Source: Myxococcota bacterium | Lineage (GTDB): Bacteria > Myxococcota > XYA12-FULL-58-9 | Assembly (NCBI GenBank): GCA_022703175.1 | Contig: JAKLEG010000001.1 | Span: forward strand, 1 to 53,298 | Length of the DNA stretch: 53,298 nt | Reading direction: 5' to 3' | In this document: piece by piece, positions 28,466 through 36,993 of the stretch | Layout: each line of letters starts with the position of its first letter | Position numbering within the stretch: the stretch's first letter is position 1 | The notes under the pieces: generated by a model | What the model was told of the DNA's origin: nothing | What the model saw: only the letters and a program-made list of their open reading frames with translations | Database searches by the model: none | Made by a program: the position numbers and the translations under genes

Positions 28466-29331
28466 GCAATACTTGAGGCTTCGAGGTCTGATGCGCCACG
28501 CCGGCCGCGCACGCAGCCGACGTGCATGGGCACAGTGATCGGGTTTTTGACGGTAACATCAAGAAGCTTCAGCGCCGTCTCTTTCAACTCGGTGTTCTTC
28601 CCTAACCACAACGGCAGAAGTTGCTCGGCAAACAGGCGTTGGTTGGAGAGGGGCGGTGACAGCGTCAGCTCGATGGTATCGCGCCGTACCTCGGCCTCGA
28701 CGGCACCGCTCTTGATCATGTCTTCGCGCCAGGAATCGGCGTCTACCAACTCGGGTGGCTGCTCGATAAGGGCATGAAACACGGGATCGTGCTCATGGCC
28801 CTTGAGGCTCGGTCCCAGCGCCGTGGCCAGCTCGGCAAAGGTCGCGCGTAACGGTGCGGCAATGAGCAAAAGCCCGCCCGGGCGCAATACCCGTAGCGCC
28901 GCCCGAATCACCGGCCGCGCAGGTTGCAGCTGTTCGCGCGCCAGTGCCGCCCACACCAGGTCGAAGACGCCCGGAGCAAAGGGCAGGCGCGTGCGCAAAT
29001 GCTTACGGGGAAACACCACCCTGCGCAACTCGCGGCTCAACTGCTCATGGAAGACACGCAACTGTGCCCGGTCTTCGGAGAGCGCCACAATGCGCGAGCC
29101 TTTGGGCAGGCGCCGGTGGATCGTAAGCGTCGAGCCGCCAGTGCCGCAGCTTAAATCGAGGGCATTGATAGGCTGCTCGTAGCGGTCGAGGTTGCGCTCG
29201 ACGATGTGCACAAAATGATGTTGGTAACGCTCGACCGGATCTTCGGAGAGGTCGGCCAACAGGCCGCTACGCACGACCCGCACGGTACCCTCAATGCGAG
29301 GCGGCTCTGGGGCAGCGCTCTCCGGGCTCAT
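28462..29331 (-). CDS. class I SAM-dependent methyltransferase
   Basis: Motif I LDLSCGTGGSTL, motif II-like FDLVWAA, and post-I/III LRPGGLLLIA. Its stop codon overlaps the convergent 26258..28465 stop (CTAA). Confidence 0.75.
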   Translation of the reverse strand: MSPESAAPEPPRIEGTVRVVRSGLLADLSEDPVERYQHHFVHIVERNLDRYEQPINALDLSCGTGGSTLTIHRRLPKGSRIVALSEDRAQLRVFHEQLSRELRRVVFPRKHLRTRLPFAPGVFDLVWAALAREQLQPARPVIRAALRVLRPGGLLLIAAPLRATFAELATALGPSLKGHEHDPVFHALIEQPPELVDADSWREDMIKSGAVEAEVRRDTIELTLSPPLSNQRLFAEQLLPLWLGKNTELKETALKLLDVTVKNPITVPMHVGCVRGRRGASDLEASSIA

Positions 29332-29413
29332 GCGGCGAGACTAGAGAGTTGAGCTGTGCGAGTCAATCTGGGTGTCGCCCATTTGGCGGTTGACACATGC
29401 TCACGGGTGGATA

Positions 29414-29438
29414 TAATGAACAAAGAGTCATTATTCAT
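29414..29438 (+). promoter_or_regulatory. candidate TetR operator / 25-nt repeat copy 1 (TAATGA-N8-TCATTA + TTCAT)
   Basis: TAATGAACAAAGAGTCATTATTCAT abuts the tetR ATG. It has 6-bp inverted arms with an 8-nt spacer, and 19/25 positions are identical to 30066..30090. Confidence 0.35.
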
Positions 29439-30029
29439 ATGCGCTACAAAGAACCAGGTAAAGAGACCGCCATCCTGCACGCCGCCATTAAGGTGTTTGC
29501 CGAACAGGGCTATCACAAAGCCCAAATCTCGCGCATCGCAGAACATGCCGGCGTCGCCACCGGCACGGTGTATCTCTACTTCGGCAACAAGCGCGACATT
29601 TTGCTTAAAATTTTCGGGGAGATGTGGGCCGTCGTCGCCAAGCAGTGGGCAGCCATTGCGAATGATACGGGGCTTACGGCCGAAGGTCGCCTAGATGCAC
29701 TCATCGACGTGGTGTTCGACGTGTGTGCACCACAGCCTGAGTTGGCGATTCTGTTGGCCAACGAACACAGTTTGCTGTTGCACAACCACCGCGAAATATT
29801 CCCCAAAGAATACGACCAAGCCCTTGAAATTGCACAAAAAATAATCATCGATGGGGTCACTAAAGGGGTCTTCGATAAGGACGCCGATCTGACTTTTTTG
29901 CGCCACTTCATCATTGGCGGCATGCGCGAAGCACTGCACCAGTGGAGCATCAATCCTAAAGAAATCCAGCTTGGCGACATTCGCCGCCACGCCAAACGCA
30001 CTCTCAAGCACGGCATCCTGAGCCACTAA
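29439..30029 (+). CDS. TetR/AcrR-family transcriptional regulator
   Basis: The ATG at 29439 gives MRYKEPGKETAILHAAIKVFAEQGYHKAQISRIAEHAGVATGTVYLYFGNKRDIL, a canonical TetR HTH. It is the first gene of the efflux operon, like cecR/ybiH upstream of ybhGFSR. Confidence 0.85.
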   Translation: MRYKEPGKETAILHAAIKVFAEQGYHKAQISRIAEHAGVATGTVYLYFGNKRDILLKIFGEMWAVVAKQWAAIANDTGLTAEGRLDALIDVVFDVCAPQPELAILLANEHSLLLHNHREIFPKEYDQALEIAQKIIIDGVTKGVFDKDADLTFLRHFIIGGMREALHQWSINPKEIQLGDIRRHAKRTLKHGILSH

Positions 30030-30046
30030 CCGAAGGATTTTCCACC

Positions 30047-31525
30047 ATGCCGAGCAGTTTAGTTAAAATGACAAACGCTTCATTATTCATTTCAGTTCTG
30101 ACACTGCCTGGGTTGGCAAGCGCCCAAGAGCTGAGCCTGGCCGATGCGGTGACCCAAGCACTCACCCACAACGAGGCGCTGCGCCAAGCCGACTTGCGGC
30201 TCGAAACCAAAAGCGACGAGGCCGGCGCCGCCCTGGGTAACTTCCTGCCCACGATTTCGATCACGGGCGCCTACTCGCACTTGGATGACCCGCTCATCAT
30301 CAACTTGGACCCAATCCGGGATGGCATGATCCAACTGCAATCCCAAAACATGACCGAGTTCGCCAACAGCTACACCGTCATGCAAGGCGGCGCCCCCTTG
30401 AGCGCCGAACAACGCGCAGGCCTCACGAGCCAAAACGCCGCCAAGCTCGACGCCGTCATGCCACACTTCGAAAAAACCCTGAAAGAACAAGACAGCGTCA
30501 CCATCACCCTCACCGCAGTGCAACCGCTTTTCACCGGCGGCAAACTGTACGCCGGACTTATGGCCGCCAAAGCCGAAGAACGCGCAGCCCAGGCCGACAA
30601 AGAACGCACCCAAAACGAAGTCGTACGCGAAGCCATCAACAACTATCTGGCGGTGGCACTGCTGAACCAAGTGCTGGAAGTGCGCCAAGCCGTGCTCGTA
30701 GGCATGCAAAGCCATCGCGATGACGCCCTCAAACTCAAAGCCACCGGACTCATTGCCGAAGTGCAGGTGCGCCGCGCCGAAGTCGCCGTGGCCGAGGCCG
30801 AGCGCGCGCTCTTAGATGACTCACTCAAACAAGAGCTGGCCATGCTTTCACTCAAGCGCACGTTAGGACTACCCGAAACCGCGCCCCTTGTCGTACGCGA
30901 GCGCCTGAGCTTTCACCCCTACAGCACCGCATTGGCGGATTGCCTGCAAGAAGCGCAGGCCACCCAGCCGCTGTTGAAATTGGTCGACGCCAAAGCCTTG
31001 GCCGTGGCGCAAAAGGTGGTGGCAAGCCGCGCCGAATTCTTGCCACAGGTGGCCGCGTTCGGCCGCTATGAGCTGTACCGCAAAGATCTGTCGGCCCTCG
31101 ACCCGAACTGGGTGGTGGGTGCACAACTTTCCATCAACCTGTTTTCGGGCCTGAAGGATTATCACCGCGTCAGCGCCGCCGAACACCAAGCCGCCGAAGT
31201 GGCAAGCCTGCGCGCCGATACCGAACGCAGCCTGTCGTTGTGGGTCAACCGCGCGCATCGAGATGCCGAAGGGGCCGCTAGCCGTTTCCAAAAACTCGAT
31301 GCCAACCGGACCCTCGCAACCGATGCCCTGCGCTTGTCCGAAGAGCGTTTCCACAGTGGCTTTGGCACGTCACTCGAAGTGGTGGACGCCCGTCTGGCGG
31401 CCCAGCGCATCGACGTCGACCGCCTGTTGGCGCTGTTTGATTACTATCGGGCACTCAGCGACCTAACCGTCGCGATGGGTCACCCGGAACGCCTCGTGTC
31501 CCTCTTTGCGGCTTTGGAGAACTAA
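30047..31525 (+). CDS. TolC-family outer-membrane efflux protein
   Basis: Signal peptide ...LPGLASA-QE. Two OEP repeats with typical coiled-coil heptads and Y/L-rich turns (YYRALSDL at the end). Operon context. An alternative start at 30068 is possible. Confidence 0.85.
   Translation: MPSSLVKMTNASLFISVLTLPGLASAQELSLADAVTQALTHNEALRQADLRLETKSDEAGAALGNFLPTISITGAYSHLDDPLIINLDPIRDGMIQLQSQNMTEFANSYTVMQGGAPLSAEQRAGLTSQNAAKLDAVMPHFEKTLKEQDSVTITLTAVQPLFTGGKLYAGLMAAKAEERAAQADKERTQNEVVREAINNYLAVALLNQVLEVRQAVLVGMQSHRDDALKLKATGLIAEVQVRRAEVAVAEAERALLDDSLKQELAMLSLKRTLGLPETAPLVVRERLSFHPYSTALADCLQEAQATQPLLKLVDAKALAVAQKVVASRAEFLPQVAAFGRYELYRKDLSALDPNWVVGAQLSINLFSGLKDYHRVSAAEHQAAEVASLRADTERSLSLWVNRAHRDAEGAASRFQKLDANRTLATDALRLSEERFHSGFGTSLEVVDARLAAQRIDVDRLLALFDYYRALSDLTVAMGHPERLVSLFAALEN
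30066..30090 (+). promoter_or_regulatory. 25-nt repeat copy 2 (AATGA-N8-TCATT + ATTCAT) at the 5' end of the TolC-like gene
   Basis: AAATGACAAACGCTTCATTATTCAT shares 19/25 positions with copy 1, including an identical 11-mer TCATTATTCAT. It overlaps the alternative start ATG at 30068. Confidence 0.3.
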
Positions 31526-31529
31526 AACC

Positions 31530-32522
31530 ATGAACAAAAAGACCATTATTTTCCTGTTGTTACCGATTAGTGCCGCGCTCACCGCCGGAGCCGTATTGGC
31601 GCGCCAAGCGGCGGCCACAGGCCCCGAGGTGATCACCGGCACCGTCGAGACCACCGAAATCGACTTGGGCTCCAAGGTGCCCGGTCGCGTGGCAGAGGTC
31701 CGGGTGCACGAAGGCGACCCAGTGAAACGCGGGGAGGTGCTGGCGGTGATTGCGAGCCCAGAGCTCGAAGCCAAAGTTGCCCAAGCGAAAAGCGTGGTCG
31801 AAACCGCGCAGGCCAAAGCCCGGTTGGTTACAAAGGGCGCACGCAGCGAAGAGCGCGAGGCAGCGCTGCGCTTGTATCTGCAAGCCAAGCATGGCGCCGA
31901 CCTAGCGCAAAAGACGTTTGTGCGCGTGGAGTCGATGTTCAAGGCGGGTGTGCTCTCCGAGCAAGAACGCGATCAGGCATTCACGCAGGCCGAAGCCGCC
32001 CGCGAACAGATGGATGCTGCCAAGGCCAAAGCCGATATGGCCGAACATGGTGCCCGCGCCGATGAGATCTTGGCCGCCCAGGCCGCCTTGCGCCAAGCCG
32101 AAGGCGCCTTGGCCGAGGTGGAGTCGTATCAGCGCGAGCTGAACCTCGTAAGCCCGTTGGATGCCGTGGTGCGCGAGCGCATTGTCGACCCCGGTGAGCT
32201 GGTGGCCACTGGTTACCCCGTGTTGACGCTGTTGGATTTGAACGACGCCTGGGTGGTGTTGCAACTACGCGAAGATCGCTTGGCGGGTATCAAGCAAGGT
32301 GACGCGCTCACGGGCGTGGTGCCAGCGTTGGGCAACAAGGCGGTGCATTTCACGGTGAGCCAAATCGCGGCGATGGCCGATTTTGCCACCTGGCGGCCGA
32401 CTCACCAAAAAGGTGAGTTCGACCTGCGTACCTTTGAAGTTCATCTCCGCCCCGATGCACCGGTTCCCGGTTTGTTGGGTGGCATGACCGTCAATGTCGA
32501 GTTGGCTGCACGCGCGGAGTAG
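31530..32522 (+). CDS. HlyD/YbhG-type membrane fusion (periplasmic adaptor) protein
   Basis: ATG at 31530 after GGAGA. TM anchor, lipoyl-like GRVAEVRVHEGDPVKRGEVLAVI, a long coiled-coil hairpin, and beta-barrel VSPLDAVV...VDPGELV. Confidence 0.85.
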   Translation: MNKKTIIFLLLPISAALTAGAVLARQAAATGPEVITGTVETTEIDLGSKVPGRVAEVRVHEGDPVKRGEVLAVIASPELEAKVAQAKSVVETAQAKARLVTKGARSEEREAALRLYLQAKHGADLAQKTFVRVESMFKAGVLSEQERDQAFTQAEAAREQMDAAKAKADMAEHGARADEILAAQAALRQAEGALAEVESYQRELNLVSPLDAVVRERIVDPGELVATGYPVLTLLDLNDAWVVLQLREDRLAGIKQGDALTGVVPALGNKAVHFTVSQIAAMADFATWRPTHQKGEFDLRTFEVHLRPDAPVPGLLGGMTVNVELAARAE

Positions 32523-32526
32523 TGTC

Positions 32527-33678
32527 ATGAAAGCCCTACTCACCACCGCGCGCCGCGAACTGTCGCGCATCAGCCGGGAGCCGTTGTTGTGGCTGGTCGA
32601 TCTCGCCCTGCCACTGGGCATCGGCCTGTGGCTTTTGGTGACCTACCAACCGGGCTCCGTTCGCGAATTGCCGATTGTGGTGGTGGATCAAGATCAAACG
32701 TCGTTCTCACGCATGCTCACCCGCGCCCTCGATGCCACCTCGGGGATCAAGGTACAGGCGAGCGCCACACGCCCCGAGGCCATTATCGCTGCGCTGCAAG
32801 CAGGTCGCGCCCAAGGCGGGGTCGTGCTCCCCGACGGCCTGATGCGCCAAATCAAGCGTGGCGAAAACGCCGAGTTGGTGCTTTACGCCAACGCCGCCAA
32901 TATCGTGGTCGGCAACACCTTGGTCAAAGAGGTGAGCACCGTCAGTCGGACCCTTAGCGGCGGCATCACGCTGCGCCGCGCCCGTGCCCAAGGCCTAGAT
33001 GCCGTGCACGCCCTCGCAGTGGCCGAGCCCATTCACATCAACAGCCAAGTGCTGTTCAACCCGACCTATAGTTACCTGTCGTATATGGTGCCTGGACTCA
33101 TCGCCGCGCTGTTGCAGCTGTTCGCGATGCTCGCCGGTGTCATGGCCTTTGACCCAGAACACCACACCCTGGCCGATAAGCACACCGCCGCGCTGCCGTG
33201 GGTCTTGGGCAAAATGCTGCCGCATCTGTTGTTGCTGTGGAGCACCGCCTGCGTCGCTTTGGCACTGTTCGTTGCGGTATTTCACGGCGAGCCTGCCACG
33301 CATGCCTTGCGGCTCGTGCCGTTGTACGGCGTCTACCTCGCAGGCTCGTTCGGTCTCGGCATGACACTGGCAACGCTGTTGCCCCGCACCTCGTTGGCGA
33401 TCGAGGTGGCGCTGTTCTTGAGTACGCCAGCGTTCATTTTGAGCGGCATGAGCTTCCCCTTTGAGGCCATGCCCAAGCTGCTCGTGGCATTCGCCAAGTT
33501 GCTGCCCTTCACCCACTACCTCACCGGAGCGCTGCAAGTGCACGCCATGAATCAGCCGCTTGTCGCAGCGCTGCCGGCCTTGGTGTGGTTGGGGGCATTG
33601 GGCATAGGCGCGGTGGGCATCACCGCAACCAAACATGCCTGGCAGGCTCGTGCGGGCCTACAAGAGGGGGTGTCATGA
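32527..33678 (+). CDS. ABC-2 type transporter permease (YbhS/YhhJ-like)
   Basis: ATG at 32527. N-terminal TM, then a ~150-aa periplasmic loop, then five C-terminal TM segments. This is the typical ABC-2 membrane-domain layout. Confidence 0.8.
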   Translation: MKALLTTARRELSRISREPLLWLVDLALPLGIGLWLLVTYQPGSVRELPIVVVDQDQTSFSRMLTRALDATSGIKVQASATRPEAIIAALQAGRAQGGVVLPDGLMRQIKRGENAELVLYANAANIVVGNTLVKEVSTVSRTLSGGITLRRARAQGLDAVHALAVAEPIHINSQVLFNPTYSYLSYMVPGLIAALLQLFAMLAGVMAFDPEHHTLADKHTAALPWVLGKMLPHLLLLWSTACVALALFVAVFHGEPATHALRLVPLYGVYLAGSFGLGMTLATLLPRTSLAIEVALFLSTPAFILSGMSFPFEAMPKLLVAFAKLLPFTHYLTGALQVHAMNQPLVAALPALVWLGALGIGAVGITATKHAWQARAGLQEGVS

Positions 33679-34856
33679 AGCCGCTATTGAACGTGTTTCG
33701 GCGCGAAGCGTACCTGGTCAGCCATGACTTCGATTTGGTGGTGATGCTGGGAGTGGTGCCGCTTGTGTACGGCTTCTTCTACGGCTCGGTGTACGTGCAC
33801 AAAGGCGAGCGCAACATCGCCCTCGCCGTCGTAGACAACTCAGGCAGCGCTCGCTCACGCGCCCTAAGCCGCGCCCTAGACGCCCACCCGATGCTCGCCG
33901 TGGTCGACCTCCCCGACGAGGCCGCCGCCGAAGTTGCGCTCGTTGCGGGTGACATCCAGGCGACCTTGGTCATCCCTAAAGACTACGCCGCGAAGCTTGC
34001 CTCCGGTCAGCGCGCACAGCTGGGGTTGCTGCTCAACAACAACCGTTTTCTCACGAGCAACGATACCCTGCGCGCCGTAAGCGATGTGGTGGGCACACTC
34101 GGCGCCGAGCTACGCACTCGCCGCCTCGAAGCGCGCGGCCTGCCCACCGCGCAAGCCGCTAAACGCACCGAACCGTTGACGGCCGTTCTCAAACCCCTCT
34201 TCAATGCGACTGAAACTTATGGGGATTTTATCATTTTTGGGGTCTTAGCACTGATCCTCCAGCAGACGCTGCTCGTGGGCGTGGCCGAGGCGATGGCCCG
34301 GGAGCGCGAAACCAAAAGCCTAGGTGCCCTGATGCAGGCCGCCAATACCAGCCCACTCACCGCGGTGGTCGGCAAGAGCCTGTTTTATTTGGCATTGTTT
34401 GCAGCTTACACCTTGTTTGTGATGGTGGTGCCGTTTGCCGTATTTCACTTACCAATGCGCGGGGCTTGGTCGGCCTTGGTACCATTGTTCGGGCTGCACT
34501 TTGTGGCAATCATTGGCCTGAGCCTGTTTCTGTCGTCGTTTTTCAGCCGCAAGCTCAGCGCCCTGGTGCTCTTTATCGCGACGTCGTACCCGTTGTTCTT
34601 GGCATCAGGCTACAGCTGGCCACTTTCGGCTATGCCGGCGCCGATGCGGGCGTTGGTTTTGTTGCTCCCCACCACCCATTTCTTTGCAGCTTACACGCGC
34701 ATTGCCAACATGGGCGCGAGTCTTGACCAAGTGGTCCCGGAGATGCTCGCACTTCTCGGCATGGCGGTGGTTGGCATTGGCCTAGCCGTTTGGCGGTTGC
34801 ACACTCTCACCCGAGGGTCACGGGTTGCCGACGCGCTTGCGGTGGTAAGCGTTTAA
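33675..34856 (+). CDS. ABC-2 type transporter permease (YbhR-like), second copy
   Basis: The ATG at 33675 overlaps the preceding stop (ATGA). Topology is the same as the previous gene, and the two are paralogous by eye. Confidence 0.8.
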   Translation: MKPLLNVFRREAYLVSHDFDLVVMLGVVPLVYGFFYGSVYVHKGERNIALAVVDNSGSARSRALSRALDAHPMLAVVDLPDEAAAEVALVAGDIQATLVIPKDYAAKLASGQRAQLGLLLNNNRFLTSNDTLRAVSDVVGTLGAELRTRRLEARGLPTAQAAKRTEPLTAVLKPLFNATETYGDFIIFGVLALILQQTLLVGVAEAMARERETKSLGALMQAANTSPLTAVVGKSLFYLALFAAYTLFVMVVPFAVFHLPMRGAWSALVPLFGLHFVAIIGLSLFLSSFFSRKLSALVLFIATSYPLFLASGYSWPLSAMPAPMRALVLLLPTTHFFAAYTRIANMGASLDQVVPEMLALLGMAVVGIGLAVWRLHTLTRGSRVADALAVVSV

Positions 34857-35321
34857 GAGGTCGTCAATCTCGTCTTTTGGCAATCCAAGGTCGCGGCCGA
34901 TGTCGCGCACGGCGGCACTCTCGTCGTCGGTGAGTTGGTGGTCGGCAGTGGCCACGGCTAGCACGCCGTGCATCAGCTTGTGCACGTCGTCGGGGGCGAC
35001 CATTTTGCGAAACTGCTTGGTGATGCGACTGGCATCTTGGTCGGCGAATAAACGGTGTTGGCCTTTGGCGATTTCCACCACCAACGCCGCCTGCTCTGCG
35101 GTGAGGCTGCCGCTCACCTGCACCAGGTCGGTCATCGCGCGGGTTTCGGCGTCGGAGAAATGCCGGTCGGCATGTGCCACCCGGCCAAGCACAAAGGCAA
35201 ACGTTGCGAGGTAGCGCGACACACCGGCCGGCAATTGCTCCAACGAGCTTGAGACGCTGCGCACCAATGTCTGGGCGACATTCTCGGAGTCACTCTTGCC
35301 AATGAATTTGAACAGCCCCAT
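34818..35321 (-). CDS. TerB-like (tellurite-resistance TerB family) domain protein
   Basis: YLATFAFVLGRVAHADRHFSDAETRAM ... GVLAVATADHQLTDDESAAVRDI shows two TerB-type helix pairs with acidic metal-binding-like D/E positions. Called from memory. Confidence 0.5.
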   Translation of the reverse strand: MGLFKFIGKSDSENVAQTLVRSVSSSLEQLPAGVSRYLATFAFVLGRVAHADRHFSDAETRAMTDLVQVSGSLTAEQAALVVEIAKGQHRLFADQDASRITKQFRKMVAPDDVHKLMHGVLAVATADHQLTDDESAAVRDIGRDLGLPKDEIDDLLNAYHRKRVGNP

Positions 35322-35326
35322 CGGCC

Positions 35327-36901
35327 CTATTGATAATCCGGCGGCGCATGCCCCGAAAGCGTGAGTGTCAGCGTCACTGCGGTGCCGGCTTCAAGGGTGG
35401 GCAAGGTACAGCGTTCCAGTGGCCAGATACCCAGCCCGACAGCTTCGCTGGTGCGCGCGGTTAGCATTTGCTCGGCCGTACCCCAGCGCAGGTACTGACG
35501 AACCATCCCTTGGGTATCCACGAGCTCCGACACCACCACCTCGCCGACGTCTGCCAGTGCTGGCGCAAGCAGCGTGCGCGTAGCGCCTGGTGCAAGTAGG
35601 TTGGGAGCGTCGGCAGCCACACCGTCGCCGCGAGGAATTTCCAGGTTCAGGCCATTTTGTTCAATTGCGATCGTGGCCAGGTCGACGTCGACGTCGCCGC
35701 GATTGCTCAGCAATAACTCACTTGCGATGTCACCGCTCTCGGTCGCGAGCTGCACCTGGGTCACCACCACACCGAACGCTGGCGTCTCGCGCCACGGACG
35801 CACTGCCGAGCAAGAATCCCACGTGTCCAAGACCTCCGAGATCTCTAGGTTTGTCACCCCGGGGGTCGCTTGAGCCGGAAACCACGCGAGACTTGAATTT
35901 GCGAGATTCGGGTTGGCACTAAGAGATTCCCCCAGCAACCGCACCGGCAAAACCGTCTCGGCAGCGCTCTCCCATAGGCCTGCGCCAACGGCCGCGTCGG
36001 CCCAGATGACATCGGCTTCTCCCCAGCGCACGTAGCTTTGTGCGCCTACGAAGTCTGTTGGCGACGCGCTTCCGGGAGCCAACACCAACAACTCGCCCGC
36101 GTCTGGAACGCTCGTGAGAACCAGCGACACCTGTGCCAAAGCGCCGGCCTCCACGGTTTTTGCGACCTGTACCACTTCGCAGCCGCCGGTGTGGCAGAGC
36201 CGGATGCCGAACAGATCAAGCGTCGCACCAGACAGATTCTGCAGCTCCACCCAACCCAGACCCGCAGCATCGAACCGCGACGGTTGCACTTCAGTGAGCT
36301 GCAACACCCGGGTGGCGGCAGGGCATGGCGCTACACTCGTTGAGAGCGCAGTACTCGTGATGCAGCCATCCCCGTCGCCCTGGTGCACCACGGCAAGGCT
36401 TTCGGGCATTGGGTAGGGCAGCGCCACGAAGGTCGCGGCTTCGGGGAGCGCCATCATTTGGGCTGAAGCAACATAGGCCAACCCGACCGGCCGCGGATCG
36501 CCGCCCCAGGCCAGGTAGCTCTGCGCAAAGCCCTGCGGATCGATGAGGGCCACCTCCCCGAAGTTGCGCTGCGCCATCAAGAAGTCCGCAACGTTGATTC
36601 GCATCGGCGTACCATTCGCAGCCAGCGTCACCCCTTCGAGGCTATCGGAAACCGCACGGCAATTTCCGAGGGTCGAGCTACACAAGAAGTAGCCGGAAAG
36701 CGCAACGTCACTGCCGGTGGTGCTGACAAGCTCCACATAGCCTTCAGCATCAGCCCGGCCCGCGTATACAGCCTGGATAGCGGCGCCCACGAGCGTCGGG
36801 CGGACCACCGGCGTAATCACCGGACGCCCAAGCCCTTCACCATAGGTTTTGTCGCTGCACCCGGCCACCAAGCAAACGAATACGACCAAGAAACGCTTCA
36901 T
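35327..36901 (-). CDS. lipoprotein with three lamin-tail-domain (LTD)-like repeats
   Basis: The ATG at 36899-36901 gives MKRFLVVFVCLVAG-C (lipobox). Three units carry LTD-like cores: YVELVSTTGSDVALSGYFLC, WVELQNLSGATLDLFGIRLC and ELLLSNRGDVDVDLATIAI. Confidence 0.55.
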   Translation of the reverse strand: MKRFLVVFVCLVAGCSDKTYGEGLGRPVITPVVRPTLVGAAIQAVYAGRADAEGYVELVSTTGSDVALSGYFLCSSTLGNCRAVSDSLEGVTLAANGTPMRINVADFLMAQRNFGEVALIDPQGFAQSYLAWGGDPRPVGLAYVASAQMMALPEAATFVALPYPMPESLAVVHQGDGDGCITSTALSTSVAPCPAATRVLQLTEVQPSRFDAAGLGWVELQNLSGATLDLFGIRLCHTGGCEVVQVAKTVEAGALAQVSLVLTSVPDAGELLVLAPGSASPTDFVGAQSYVRWGEADVIWADAAVGAGLWESAAETVLPVRLLGESLSANPNLANSSLAWFPAQATPGVTNLEISEVLDTWDSCSAVRPWRETPAFGVVVTQVQLATESGDIASELLLSNRGDVDVDLATIAIEQNGLNLEIPRGDGVAADAPNLLAPGATRTLLAPALADVGEVVVSELVDTQGMVRQYLRWGTAEQMLTARTSEAVGLGIWPLERCTLPTLEAGTAVTLTLTLSGHAPPDYQ

Positions 36902-36958
36902 AGCGGCGTCATGTATCACGGCAACGGCGGCTAGCGGAACCGGGCTTGCTCAAAAAGG

Positions 36959-36987
36959 TTGAGAAGAACGCGCACTTTGAGCATGAT
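36959..36987 (+). promoter_or_regulatory. sigma70-like promoter TTGAGA-17-CATGAT ending 6 nt before the ATG (leaderless-type)
   Basis: TTGAGA at 36959-36964, a 17-nt spacer, CATGAT at 36982-36987, and the ATG at 36994. No Shine-Dalgarno fits in the gap. The same architecture is duplicated at 37979..38007. Confidence 0.45.
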
Positions 36988-36993
36988 GCCGCT

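Noticed and set aside
32995-33636. 213-aa minus-strand ORF inside the first ABC-2 permease gene
   Set aside because: It is antisense to a clear polytopic permease. Its His/Gln/Arg/Gly-rich sequence has no motifs.
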